Assembly (NCBI GenBank): GCA_036785375.1 | Contig: JAWMAR010000056.1 | Coordinates: 3,658,001-3,722,000 of the forward strand | DNA from: Leucoraja ocellata | Taxonomy: Eukaryota | DNA length: 64,000 nt | Direction of reading: 5' to 3' | Shown here: one piece after another, positions 1 to 13,250 of the stretch | How positions within the stretch are numbered: the first letter of the stretch is position 1 | How the letters are laid out: each line of letters starts with the position of its first letter | The notes under the pieces: model-generated | The model's database searches: none | The model's input: the letters and a program-made list of their open reading frames with translations, nothing else | What the model was told of the DNA's origin: nothing | Program-made: the position numbers and the translations under genes

Positions 1-1189
1 AGGTGTTGCCACGCATAAGCATAAATCTGCAGTTAAGAAAGCGGTTAAGTTAAAACTATGGCAGGTCGCATTACCATAGAGATATCCATTCAGTCTGTCT
101 GTGGATTATTCTCAACTGATTTCTCAATAAAATAATGTTGGAGTGTTGGGTCAGTCTCTGCATTAAATCTTCAACGGAAAGGTGGTTCTTTCTCTTTGCT
201 ATGTTGTGAAACTGATCATTCTAGTTACGACATATTTTGTTGCTTGCAGTTGCAATAATACTGTTCACAAAACAAATTTGTTCTGTGCGATTAACAACAA
301 AGAAAGTATAAAGAACACATTGGATTGGAACTGAGCCAATAACTAAGGATTCTTTCTATTTTTTGTTGATATTTGTGGAAAGTGCAGGGTATAATGACTA
401 TATTGTCAAAAATTCTCCAAGGCATTGAAGGACTGAGTTGTTCCAAATTGCATTTGCCTGGATGGAGATCAATGTAAAGACTGAAGTTGTCATTCCCATG
501 ATCTTGCGAAATGATCATTTTCATTTTTATCAATGACTTCATGGCACACCCGTGGTCATATTTTGGCATTAATTTGCTTCTCCCGTGCCCACTGTGACTT
601 TCCCTGTTTCATCTCTGCCAGCCCCTAATTATTAACCTCTAGAAGTTCAGAAATTTTAAGTCCATTCAGATGGATGTCAGTAAAAATCACTACCAATCAG
701 GTTATTCTGAAGATGGTAAGGCTTAATAACAATGCTGCGAACTTTGCTATTGATCCTGCACAAATTAACGTGTTGCCTCATTCAGACCACTGCTAGCAAT
801 CGTATTGCTACATACGTAGAAGTATTTAAATACGCAAAGGCCTGATAATCCATGTTTAATTTGCAAGCCCATAGTGGAGTTAATAAATTAAGAGTTCACC
901 AGTGATTAGTTTTGTTTCCTTTTTCCAAACATCCTGCGACTAAGGGGTGAGGAGAAATTTTCAGTATTAAATGGAACCAAGAAGGCACAAAAAATGATTT
1001 GAACAAAACGCTGAAAGGATCCATCAGGCATGCTGCACCTGCAGGAACAGTGAGAGATCCCTTGTCAGAACAACACAGAATGGATATCAATTTCTGATGG
1101 TCATTTTGCCAAATGTTGATAATGTTAATTGAAATTGATGGGATGGGAAACTATCCTTGCAGTAAGAAGCAATGGTGCATTTATGGGAC

Positions 1190-1890
1190 TTTTTTAGGCA
1201 TATTTCAAAGTATTTTGTGCAGTTTTGGTCACCACATTACAGGAAGGATGTGGAGGCTTTGGAAAGGGTGCAGAGGATGTTTACCAGAATTAGGAGGTAT
1301 AAACTACAGGGAAAGTGTGGACAGGCTTGGATTATTTTCTCTGGAATGCCGGAGGTCGAGGGGACACCTAATAAAAGTGTATAAATTTGAGTATGTGTTA
1401 AAAAGAACTGCAGATGCTGGTTTAAACCAAAGATAAACACAAAGCTGGACTAACTCAGCGGGCCAGGCAGAAGCATCTCTGGAGAGAAGGAACGGGTGAC
1501 GTTTCGGGTCTCTGAAGAAGGGTCTCGATCCGAAACGTCACCCATTCCTTCTCTCCAGAGATGCTGCCTGTCCCGCTGAGTTACTCCAACTTTGTCTACT
1601 GTATAAAATTGAGACATACCCCATTTGTATACCCTAGCTATATTTTTCCCAGGATGGAAAAAAGCAGCTATGTGAGGCCTTAGCTTTAAGGTGAAAGGGG
1701 CATATTTTAAAGTGGGTAGAGAATGCCTGGAACACGCTGCGGTGGTGACGATTGAAGCAGATACATTAATGACATTTAAAAAGCTTTTGAGTATGGAGGG
1801 ATACGGGTTATGTGCAAGTAGATAAGTAATGATATTGGCATCCTGTTCAGCACTGACATTGTGTGCAGAAGGGCCTGTTCGTGTGCGTCT
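1190..1890 (+). mobile_element. Degenerate CR1 LINE 3' fragment, split by a Penelope-derived inverted repeat
   Basis: Translates to VQFWSPHYRKDVEALERVQRMFTR and DRLGLFSLECRRSRGHLIKVYK (CR1 ORF2 C-terminus). Resumes after about 1600 with a CR1-type 3' UTR (gaagggcctgtt). Confidence 0.8.
1395..1599. repeat. Penelope-derived inverted-repeat element with hammerhead-like core at 1512-1539 (+)
   Basis: Left arm (agcatctctggagagaaggaacgggtgacgtttcggg) is the reverse complement of the right arm (ccgaaacgtcacccattccttctctccagagatgct). Core ctgaagaagggtctcgatccgaaacgtc. tgtataaa-like sequence on both flanks. Confidence 0.75.
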
Positions 1891-2439
1891 TGATGATGAT
1901 AAATCTGTAATAGAATCCTTAAAAGCAGCTGCCAATTTACACGTTGACTCACTTCTGTGACATTTGTCACTGTCTCTGGGGTGCTAACAGAGCCTTTAGC
2001 TATTTGCCGAACAAAATGCACTCTAAGACACCCAAGTTAAAACTGGTGTAAAACTATGAAATTGTCAGGAACATATGATAATATCATTAAAACGCGTGTT
2101 TTAATGATATAAAATTCTCTGTCAGTGATGTAGTACTGTATGTTTTCCCTTTTTATTCACTCCACCAATGAAACATTGGCACAAGTGCAAAAACTATAAA
2201 ACTAGATTTGGATTATTTTATTGTTATTCACACCATGGTCCAATGACCTCCTTGGTTCAGCTGACGCTGGTAGTAGTAAACAATAAATACAGCTAATGCA
2301 GGATCAGCTGGCGGGGCAAATATTGTAGTGCAATCTGAAGTAATATAAAAAAAATGTGTGAAGTGCAATAACAGGATACCAAATGAGAGTTAAGAGGAAG
2401 GGTATGTGGTAGCACCCTGCATGGAGTGTGAAAAAGGTG

Positions 2440-2770
2440 ATGAGTTCATTACTAATATTTGTAGGGAAAAGGTGTTATTGAGCCTGGGCTTTCAAGGTTC
2501 TGTATCTTCTCCCAGAAGATAGAAGGGGGAAAAAAGGAATGGCCATCGTTGCAGGCAACTCCTACGACTGGGCAGAATTCACCACTCTTTACAGGTTAAG
2601 GCAGTCATGAGCATTTGCCATAATAGGCTGAGATGCATCCTGTCAAAATACTTTATATAGCGCAGAGAACATCGATAGCAGTTTGAGAGAATTTGTGTGG
2701 ATGTGTCAATCCTTCTCGGATGTCTTAGTAAATACGCTGATTTTTTTTTTTGATTACTGCATCATTGTGA
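2440..2770 (-). mobile_element. Degenerate Rex1/Babar-like LINE fragment
   Basis: Minus-strand sequence resembles the Rex1-type C-terminal LLPSGRRY region; heavily decayed. Confidence 0.4.
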
Positions 2771-2869
2771 AGGAACCAGGTTAGTTTGCTAATCATCTAG
2801 TTTGCTGATGATTTATAGATGTAAAGAAAGTTGAAGCTGTTGACAATCTTTGCAACCATACCATGGGGG

Positions 2870-3652
2870 GGGGGGGGGAGGTAAAGGGACAGGCGTTGCA
2901 TCTTCTGCGGTTGCAGGGGAAAGTAGTGGGATACTACTACTGGCCACATCTTCCCATCTCCACCCCTTTCTGCTTTCCGCAGACAGTTCCCTCCGTAACT
3001 CTGTGCTCAACTTGTCCCATCCCACCCATACCACCCCCTCCCCAGGTAGTTTCCGCTGCAACTGCAGAAGATGCAACACCTGTCCCTTTATCTCTCCCCT
3101 CGACTCCATCCAAGGACCCAAACAGTCTTTCCAGGTGAGGCAGAGGTTCACTTGCCACTCCTCCAGTGCATCTAGTGCATCTGCTGTTCCAGGTATCAAT
3201 TTCTCTACATCGGCGAGCCCAAGCACAGGCTCGGCGATCATTTCGCTGAATACCTCCGCTCAGTCTGTCTTAACCAAGCTGATCTCCCAGTGGTCCAGCA
3301 CTTCAACTCCCCCTTCCATTCCCAATCTGACCTTTTTGTCCTGGGCCTCCTCCATTGTCAGTGAGGCCCAGTGCAAATTGGAGGAACAGCACCTCATATT
3401 TTGCTTGGGCAGTTTGCACCCCAACGATAAGAACGTTGACTTCTCTAACTTCAGGTAGTCCTTGCTTTCTCTCTCCATCCCCTTCCCCATCCCAGTTTTT
3501 CCACTAGTCTTACTGTGTCCGGCTACATTCTTTCCTTGTCCCACCCCCTGCCTTTACATCAGTCGGACGAAGGGTCCCGAAACATCGCCAATTCCCTCTC
3601 TCCATAGATGCTGCCTCGCCTGCTGAGTTACTGCAGCATTTTGTGTCTACCT
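2870..3652 (+). mobile_element. Penelope-like element 3' fragment (GIY-YIG region + terminal repeat) with 5' inversion
   Basis: CNCRRCNTCPF..IQGPKQSFQVRQRFTC..KLEEQHLIFCLGSLHP matches the PLE zinc-knuckle/GIY-YIG C-terminus. About 2875-2922 is an inverted copy of about 3050-3098. Ends in a decayed hammerhead-type terminal repeat. Confidence 0.85.
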
Positions 3653-3659
3653 ATTGAGG

Positions 3660-3945
3660 TCAGGGTTGTGAACGGCTCCCCCCCCCCCCCCCCCCACGCC
3701 CGCCAATTAGGTCATCAACCATTTCTTTCATCTTGCAGACGTTAAAAGCTGGATTGATGTGCTGATGCTGCAACACACAAGGTGTTTTGGCCAACAACAG
3801 CAACGTCATTGTTGAACTTAAAGATTGAGTTGATGAGTACTTGGCCAGTGTCATGGGTGTACAGGGAGTACACTCTAGGGACCGCAAGGGTCTAGGCACA
3901 CTCGCTTGAGAAGTAAGTGCTGACGGTTATTGGGGAGGAAATGTT
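3660..3945 (-). mobile_element. Rex1/Babar-like reverse transcriptase fragment
   Basis: Frameshifted remnants of the ..YSL(Y)THD..AKYSSNS..KF..D and ..NV.K.KEMVD motifs. Confidence 0.55.
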
Positions 3946-5156
3946 AGACCAATAGTAAGTGAAAAACCCTGCTCCGTCTGGAAAGTAGTTGCCTTGAGCA
4001 CACACCATTGAATTTGGTAAGTGACAAATGGATTACCTTTCACAGCGTAGACAGCTGGTGGGACAGGGATGAGCCTCATCATATATCAAAGCCTTTCAGG
4101 AATGGAGCCAGTTGCATGCAGTCAGAATGACCCAATGTCTTGTTAATCTGGGAGCTTCATTTCCCAATTGTAAATTTATCCCACGACTCTGTCAGAATAA
4201 ATAGTGTGGTTGGAGATTTGGGGGATATTTGGGTTATTGGCAGTTTTGCTTGCCTCTTCGGTAATTTTTTTTTATCCCAACCAATGTTTGAGGATCATTA
4301 TTCTTTTCAGACTCTGCTTATTGACACTAGTTCAATATTCTTTTTCTAAGGAATCTACATGCCTTGTAAAGTAAAATTGTTATTATTCTTCAGTTCTGAT
4401 TGATCGCAGCATGGAGAAGCAGGTTGTAGCAACAGTTTGTGAAATTTGGGTGGAAAGGATTACTGGTTGGAAGCCACTAATATTTCTATTTTTATTTAGC
4501 CTTTCACTGTTTTCAATTCAATGCTCCCCATGCAGTATTTTGCACTTCATTTCACTAAAGTAATGTTTCTTGTAACATTCAGAGCAAGAATGTTAATTAT
4601 ATTGTAATTAACATCAGAATTATCTTATCAAAATGCTTAAGTTTTGAATTGTGTTTTCCAATACATATAGTATGATATCTACTTTTAAAGTATCTTTCTA
4701 AATGAAATTGTAAAGAAAATGCACAGATGTCCCATTGTTTAGTGTTGCCAGGGTTCAGTGCTTGCTTGATTATTCTGTGGAGGTGGTTTTGATGCCAGTT
4801 TGATAAATGACCGGAGCATACTTATCCCATACTTAATCTCTCGATTGTTTTGGCTGTGATCCTAAGTGTTGACTAATCATGGAATATGTAGCTGAATCAG
4901 TTGGTGTTCTAGATTAGCTATTTTCTGAATAAAATGATATGTTTAAAACTTTGACCTATGGTGTTAACATTTTCCTCAACGTTTTGACGTAATTTCTATA
5001 TCTCAAGTGGCTGTGACATGCAAAACAATCCCTCCAGTTTTCCTAACTGCCTCGCATGAATTTATTCAAAGTTAACTGGAACAAGCAATATGCCAGCAGA
5101 TTTATATAATGTACAGCATTTAGCTATATTTTTGCAAAGTGTTTTGCTTTTATTAA

Positions 5157-5489
<333 letters not shown>

Positions 5490-5979
5490 TAAGGCAAATT
5501 TTGTAGTTTTCCAGCAATAATTGTTTTAGTTATTGTAGCATCTTGACCTGTTGATACCCTGACATATTAAGTTTATTATAATGGGACAATATCCCTTTAT
5601 CTGATTTAGTAGCTGGGAAGTCAAACAAATGAGAAACAGAGTACAAGAATCCTCAATGCCTATGCAGACAATTATTTTGCATGTTTTAGTTTCATACACG
5701 TTGGTTCAATTAGTTGGTATTTTTCATCTTCGAAATTTTTGTTTTAGATATGCACTATTTCTGGAGCATATATGCTTGGGTCTGTGATATATTATAATTA
5801 ATTAGATATTGTCTTGCTATTGGCTGATTCTAATAAATTATTCTTTATTTTTCCTTGCAGTCTAGTCACACGCTTGCAGTATAAAAGCTTAAGGGGATGT
5901 CACCTGCAAGAGACAAAGTCATTGCAAGGCTAAAGGATGTTATCTCTTGGAGGCAGTCCAAAAAAAAAATCACTAGACT

Positions 5980-6320
5980 AATTACTTGGATGAGAGGGTT
6001 GTCCTATAATGAGCTGCTAAAGAAATCAGATTTATTCTTGAAGAATGTAGGGTGATCACATTGAAACAAAGAACCTTGCAACCGTGGCAAGGTAGATGCT
6101 ACTGTTTCCACGAGTGAAAGATTTCGAATGAGGGACATAGTTATAAGATATGGGGTGATCAATTAAAACTGAAGTGTGTAGGAACGTCTCTCAGAGGGTG
6201 GTAAATCTGTTTTACTCTGGAGAGTTGTGGAGACAATACTGTTTAAGAGTATTTAACCAGGAAGCAGATACATTTTTTGAAAGATTATGGAATTGAGAGC
6301 TATGGGGAAATGGCTCAGTC
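5980..6320 (+). mobile_element. Old CR1 3' fragment
   Basis: Decayed CR1 ORF2 end (tcagagggtggtaaatctg, ggacatagttataagata). Confidence 0.55.
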
Positions 6321-6404
6321 ATTTCTGTTTCGACCTTGCTCTGGCTCTTGACTGTAACAAAGGATGCATCAGAATACTTTGTACTGTTTTCTTTTATGAT
6401 TGAA

Positions 6405-6665
6405 AGTTACAGCATGGAAACGGGCCCTTCAGCCCACCAAGTCCACGCTGACCATCGATCACCTGTTCACACTAGTTCTGTTATCCCACTTTTCCATTGC
6501 ACTTGGGGTAATTTTAGAGGACCATTAAGCTAGAAACCCATGACTTTGTGATGTGGGAGGAAACTGGAGCACCCAGAAGAATCTCGCGTAGTCACACGGA
6601 GAACGTGCAAACTACAGACAGCGTCTGTCTCTGGCACTGAGGCAGCAGCTCTACCAGCTGTGCCA
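6405..6665 (-). mobile_element. tRNA-derived V-SINE (HE1-like)
   Basis: Reverse complement of the SINE head (ggtagagctgctgcct), V-domain (gtttcctcccaca) and CR1-like tail (gaagggcccgtttccatgctgt). Confidence 0.75.
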
Positions 6666-7184
6666 TTTTTTAACTATTCACTGGCAAGTTTTTTTTCACT
6701 ATTGGCCATGACCTGAGAATACTTGAGTGGGGAGTGGCACTGAACAGGTGAATGATCATTTATAAATCAATATGCAAGGTTTGAAGGGGGGATGTTCTTG
6801 ATTAAAATGTTCCTTGCAGGCTATTGCATATTTTGAAAGTGAAACTGGTTGGGTTAATTGCTCCCCACCAAATCCTGAAGGCCATTCATCATACTAAGCT
6901 GCAAAAATAAATAACTACGGGAGGAACTCTGAGTTGAGCAACATCTGTGGGGATGGGAGAAGGGTGTGTAAGAGAGAAGAAATTGGCAACCTTTTGGGTT
7001 GAGACTCGGCATCAATCCTGCAAATTGATTTTGGTTCTAACTTCCAGTATCTGCAGTTTCTTGTATGTCCAGTTATATTTGGTTGATGAACTATTTGTGT
7101 GGTTATGCCTTGTTCCTTTAAGACTTGTAGATAGTGAGAAATTTGTGGTCAACAAAATTATATGGAAGGTAGTTTCCTATTTTA

Positions 7185-9245
7185 AGTTAGAGCAGTACAG
7201 CACAGAAACCGGTCCTTCGGCCCAACTTGTCCATGCCTTTTCAATGCCTCCAAAAAATTCCTATCCATGTCTCTAAAATATTAAAAAAACATCAATGTAC
7301 CCACCTGTACTACTTCCTTTGGTGACTTGTTACATGTATGCATTATCCTTTGTGGAATGGATTACACCTCTGGTTCCTTTTAAATTTCTTCCCTCTCACC
7401 TTAAGCTTGTGCCCTCTAGTTTTAGACTCCCCTGCCCTCGGGAAAAGACTGTGACTAATCATCTTATCTATGCCCCTCATGATTTTGTACACTTTGCGTT
7501 CACCTCTCAGCCTCCGACAATCCAGAGGAAAAAAGACTCAGTGTCTCCTTGTAACCCAAACACATTGACGCCTCTAGATCATTTTGGACCCCTTCTAGTT
7601 TAATGATATCCTTCCTACAGCAGGATGACCAAATCTGCACACAGTATTCGGGCCTCACCGAGTCTTTTACAGTTGTAACATGACATCCCGACTCCTGCTT
7701 TCAATACTCTGACCAATGAAGGCAAGCATTTTGACTTTATAAAACAATATACCTCTACCCCTAGGTGTCTCTGTTCTGCAACACTTCCCAGGGCTATTCC
7801 ATTTACTATGTTGTAAATCCTGCCCTAGTTTGTCCTACTAAATTAAATGTCTCCCATTTTCTGCATTAAACTTAATCTGCCATTTCTCAAACCACTGGCC
7901 CAGTTGATTACAAACACATTGTAATTGTAGAAACCCTCCTTTACTGTCCACTATAGCAGTGCTTCTTAAACTATTTCAGTGTCATTCACCCTTCACCCTT
8001 TTCTTATGTTTTTTGGTAATTTTCGTCTTATTCTCTCGTGTGTATAATTTTATATATCATTTATTTTGTCACACGAGGAAAAAACATAAATTAACTCTTC
8101 TTACGTGTTTATTTTATTCAACTTTTTGAACATCCTAAAAATATGTAAAGAAAACTAGGAGTGAAAAATTTAATTACCACTGGAGTTGGAAAATCATTCT
8201 ATTAGAGTGATAAAGCCATTTCAATGTCTAAACACTGGGCTTCAGCCCCATCCTATCCGTTCGGCAGCTTTTTCTTGGAAAACTAGCTCAAAAAACCATG
8301 GAGTTCATGTGATTTAATATATTAGTATCCAACTTTTTTTTAATGCATCATCCACCCTGAAATTAGGTTATATCGAAGTACTTCTAATAGAGTCACCAGG
8401 TGACGCTTTTAGAAGTACTTGGAAATCAAAATATCAGTTAACGACTGCACCTCAGAGCAAATAATTTAATTTTTTTTAAGATAATGTAAGAGGATTTCAC
8501 AATGACCCACGTGCTACCCTGGCCGTGTCTGCAGCAGCAGTGGTGGTGTAACCAGGGTTACCAAATCAAACTCGCAAAATACTGAAGTCGCTAGAAGTGA
8601 AAATGTAGAATATCACTACAAGAAAATGGCATAATCTAACTTTAGATTGCCTAAAATCGGGGCTCAAATCTCCTCAATATAGCTAGAATTCATATTGTTA
8701 GATGCAAATAAGTGCTGGTAGATTGAAGTACAGTAAATGTATGTAGAATTCTAGTTCTAGCAGAAAAGTAGCTAAATTGGCAACACAACGCAAAGTTACA
8801 GTTCAACAGTTACCTACTGCGATCCTCCAGTGTTGCCATTTATAAATTTATAATCCCACTAGTTCGCCTGCTCTTCTGTAAAAGGTTACATTACAATAAA
8901 TTTGGGAAATATCCTGCTACTTTAAAATTAGAAAACCAGAGGTAGAGAGAAAAAAACGTATCCAATTTCCAGCTCCACTGCCATTAAAACCAATAAGAGC
9001 ATTACTAACCACTTTAATGGCAATATCTTTAAGTATAGAAAAAATATATAAATATCTGAATAAATTAAGTCATTCACCCCTCTAGTTTCATTCACCCCAA
9101 AATAATTTAATTTGCCCTTGGGTGAATCATTCATTAGTTTAAGAAGCATTGCAAGGTAGCACCAATTTACAAACGTGCTCACCATGCCACCTACATTTGT
9201 ACCCAAATCGTTAATACAAATAATGGACAGCAGGTAGTCATCTGG
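7185..9245 (-). mobile_element. CR1 fragment interrupted by a hAT-like element
   Basis: CR1 3' UTR and ORF2 remnants at 7185-7956, continuing at 9152-9245 (CINDLGTNVGGMVS, next to the RT ADD region). Confidence 0.7.
7957..9151. mobile_element. hAT (Charlie-like) non-autonomous DNA transposon
   Basis: TIRs cagtgcttcttaaacta (7957) and tagtttaagaagcattg (ends 9151), 16/17 match. Degenerate 8-bp flanks cactatag / caaggtag. Confidence 0.7.
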
Positions 9246-9780
9246 ATACCTTTGCATCTGTCCAAAGCTAATGTTCTGTGAGTTATAAATGTATTTGACA
9301 AAACCTGAATATTCATCTTTCATTTTCCAATGCAGACAAAATAATGTGTTTCTTGCAGCAACATAAATTGTAAGTATTTTTAAAGTTTTGGTAACACATT
9401 TGTTCTGTCGTACCAAATGCTTGGTGGTTCGGTGACTTTTGTCATGGAACCAACCTCCTATGCTCAACATTGAGCATTCCCAGGCAAAGTATTGTAGGCA
9501 AGTGCAGATTAACTTCTGCTTTCTTACATTTTTGGAAGAGCACCCTCTGCTGTACCAATGTGAGACTTCCCATTTGTACTTCCCAAGTCAACCATTACGC
9601 GACCCACCTCGGTGAGATTGATCTTACAAGCCAAATGTAAGGAGGCAGCTTTTTGCGCACCCAGAAACTATTGAATTGCTCGATTTTGTTAATGCAATAC
9701 TGAATTCTTTTGGTTTGGGAAAAGTATAGTTATTCTTTCATTTGCTGCCATATATAATAACTGATGATAAATATATTATA

Positions 9781-10086
9781 GCAGTCACGGTGGTGCAGCG
9801 GTAGAGTTGCTGCCTTACAACGAATGCAGCGCCGGAGACCCGGGTTCAATCCCGACTACGGGTTCAGTCTGTATGGAGTTTGAACGTTTTCCCCGTGACC
9901 TGCGTGGGTTTTCTCTGAGATCTACGATTTCCTCCCACACTCCAAAGACGTACAGGTTTGCAGGTTGATTGGCTTAGCAAATGTAAAAATTGTCCCTAGT
10001 GGGTGTAGGATGGTGTTAATGTGCGGGGATCGCTTGTTGGCGCCGACCAGGTGAGCCGAAGGGCCTGTTTCCGCGCTGCATCTCTA
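9781..10086 (+). mobile_element. V-SINE (HE1-like), with a LINE-type tail (about 10087-10203) inserted in its 3' end
   Basis: Pol III A/B boxes (ggtggtgcagcgg; gggttcaatccc), V-domain, CR1-like tail. The insert ends in aataaag(tat)n before the SINE's ctaaactaaa. Confidence 0.85.
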
Positions 10087-11142
10087 ATCTTTTATTGTTT
10101 CCATTGTCGTTATTATTTATCTGATATGTTGGTGCTCCGGTCAGGCAGGCGCCTGAAATTTCATTGTATGTATTTACAATAACAATAAAGTATTATTATT
10201 ATTATCTAAACTAAAAAGCAGTATTCACCTTTGCTCATCTTCATTTTTTGAAATCTTAAAATAATTTGACAGGCACACTTAGTTGGCCCAGTTGATCTCA
10301 AGCATTTGAGGAAAATCCATCATTATAGGTTTATTGGATTAAGTATGGCTGTCAATTTATTTTAAATTATTTTCACAGGTATCATCTCAAAGATGAGAAG
10401 CTATTTACCTCACCAGAAGCTGTCACGTTGATACTTTTAACACTTCCACGATATTAGCTATTGATTTTTTTTAAATTAATGAACATAAAATACATCACAG
10501 GAACGAGCCCCTTCGGGTCATAATGTCTGAACATGATGGCAATCAAATCTCATCTCATCTGTCTGCACATGATCCATATCTCTCCATTCCCTGCATGTAC
10601 ATATGCCTTTCTGCAAACCCCTTAAACACCATCGTATATGCCCCCATCATTCCTGGCAGCGGGTTTTGGGCACTCACCGCCTGTGTGGTTTTAAAAAAAG
10701 CAAAACCAGCTCCCGCACATCTTGTGCTTTTCCTGTGTGCTCTTGGCCAACATATTATTCAACACATTTGGGGTTGTGGTGATGATTTTGATCTACTTAA
10801 ATACATGCATTTTAATTAAACATGGAAGTTTGGTGTTGGTGTAATTTGTGTAAGTCATCACTTTCCTCATCTAATATTTCAGATTGTAGACTTGGACATT
10901 TTAAATCATTACGCCTTTTTAATTATGCTTATTCATTTGTGCACATCAAATTTAGTTGGATATTGAGCAGTAAAGTAGGAACTTTATTTTAATTATAATT
11001 GATTGAGCTGGGATGCAAAATATGGATACTCAACTAAAGGATGGGATGGGGATGGGGGGCATATAAATAAAGAATTGCAGAACATGGTGGGAATGACAAT
11101 TGTATGAAATTTAGGAATGGGACAAACAATGTGATACTATAA

Positions 11143-11373
<231 letters not shown>

Positions 11374-12909
11374 TAAGTATTTCAAGATAATCTGATTCTT
11401 TGCCTTGCAGCCTTTTTTAAATGGCAGTTGTGCATTACTTCATCCCATATTCTTTATAGTAGTACATGCAAATGTTTGTGTTAATATTTTGTAATTAAGG
11501 AAAAGTGTGTGATTTCATGCAGCTTTGTCAAGTTTTTAAAAGGATGCATTTTGGTAAAATCGTAGTACTTTCACCAATTGTAGCTAAAAACAATTTACAC
11601 TGAGTTTTGTAGTTAGTGAAATAAAGTAGGTTGACTATCTTTGAGCCTTTTTTTGATTAGGTTAATCCAACAATGTTGTCCCTGGTCACTTGTTTCTCTA
11701 AGGGGTCATCCATTCAATTCTTAACCCATCTGTTTTCTATTTTGGCTTTCTTTGATAATTTATCCCATAACTTCTTACAAGAGTTTGGTTGAAAATCAAC
11801 TGCCCTTTTGTTTCTAAACGATCCTAACCTCCCAGTATTTGATGCCCTTCCAAATAGTTTTGTCTCGTGCTTGGAAACCATTGCCATTTTTCATTCTGTT
11901 GCCAGAGTGGTGGGGGTGGGGAGTTTTCTGAGAAATCTAAACATAGATTTATTAGTCCAGTAATAAATGCACCGTTCCCGTTGGGTGAAATTTTCTCTTA
12001 ACCGAAGTTTGGCAAGTGTAGCCTGTGTGGCATGGGTTGTGAGATGTTTGTGGTTGCGTTTAACTCTTATGGTGTTCTCCTGGTCACCCTTTAATAACCT
12101 CATCAAAAATGTTCCTGTATCCCAGCTCTCAAGTCATGTTCACCCCTTGCATTTGGTGACTGATTTCCAATAACTCCTTGTATTAAAATTCTCCTTGCAT
12201 TGAAATCTTTTTATGGCCACTTTGATCCCAATTGAGGATCTTTTCGCTTGGAATTGAGGAATAATAGAAATGAGTATACACAAGAACTGCAAATACTGGA
12301 ACAAAAACATACAATGTTGGAAATGCTCAGGTCAGGCAGTATCTGTGTCGAAATAATTCGTTAATGTTTTGGATCAAAGATCCTTCAGAATGAGGAAGAG
12401 TTTTTAATACAATTATATGCAAGATTTGATGTATCTTGCAATTGACATGTTGCCAATTGGCAATAGATATGAGTGGATAATATAATCCTGCTTTGGGTGC
12501 TAAAGGAGAAACTAATTCAAGATTCATGCATGTAACATGCACGCCTCACTAAAAGAGCGGAGTGATATGCGCATGCCATTTTGGCACATTTCCTGCAGTC
12601 TCAACCTTTGATTCCTCTCACTGCTAAATTAGGACACTTAACTCCATTAGTTCCATCAAAAACACACTGGCTTTAACAGGATGCTAACAGATTTATAATA
12701 CCTTCTGTGTGCCACTTCTATGGCCAAGACGTTAGAAAATTGCTCAACTCATTTTTCTTGATTACAATTCATAATTTTTCATTTTAAAGTTGGTATCTAG
12801 GCTTTCCCTTGATACCTGTCTATTAAAATATCAAATAGTCGTCTCTCCTTTAACGGTAACAATCCATAGTGTTGCTGCCTCATCAGTGTGCTGTCCAATA
12901 TATGGCTTT

Positions 12910-13250
12910 TCATGGAGTCGTACTGCGTGGAAACAGGCTCTTTAACCCAACACCGACCAACATGTCCCATCTACACTACTCCCATCTGCTTGCGTCGGCC
13001 CATTTCCCCCTAATCCTATCCTATCCTATTTAGTACTTGTATAAATGTTTCTTAAACGTTGCAATAGCACTTCAACTACCTCTTCCGGCAGCTCCTTTCA
13101 TACACCCACCGCCCTCTGATAAAGTTACCCCTCGGGGTTCTTATTAAATCATTCCCCCTCATCTTAAACCAATGCCCACTGGTTCTCAATTCCCCCACTC
13201 TAGGCAAGAGACTCTGCATTTACCCAATCTATTCCTCGTGATTTTATGTA
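12910..13250 (-). mobile_element. CR1 3' fragment
   Basis: Reverse complement of the CR1 3' UTR/ORF2 end (gtggaaacaggc, ggttctcaattcccccactctaggcaagagact). Confidence 0.75.

Noticed and set aside
8928-9470. 180-aa minus-strand ORF
   Set aside because: Spans a CR1 remnant and the hAT element end; no coherent protein similarity.
9781-9860. tRNA-like sequence with A and B boxes
   Set aside because: SINE head. It continues into the V-domain and LINE-like tail and does not form a full cloverleaf.
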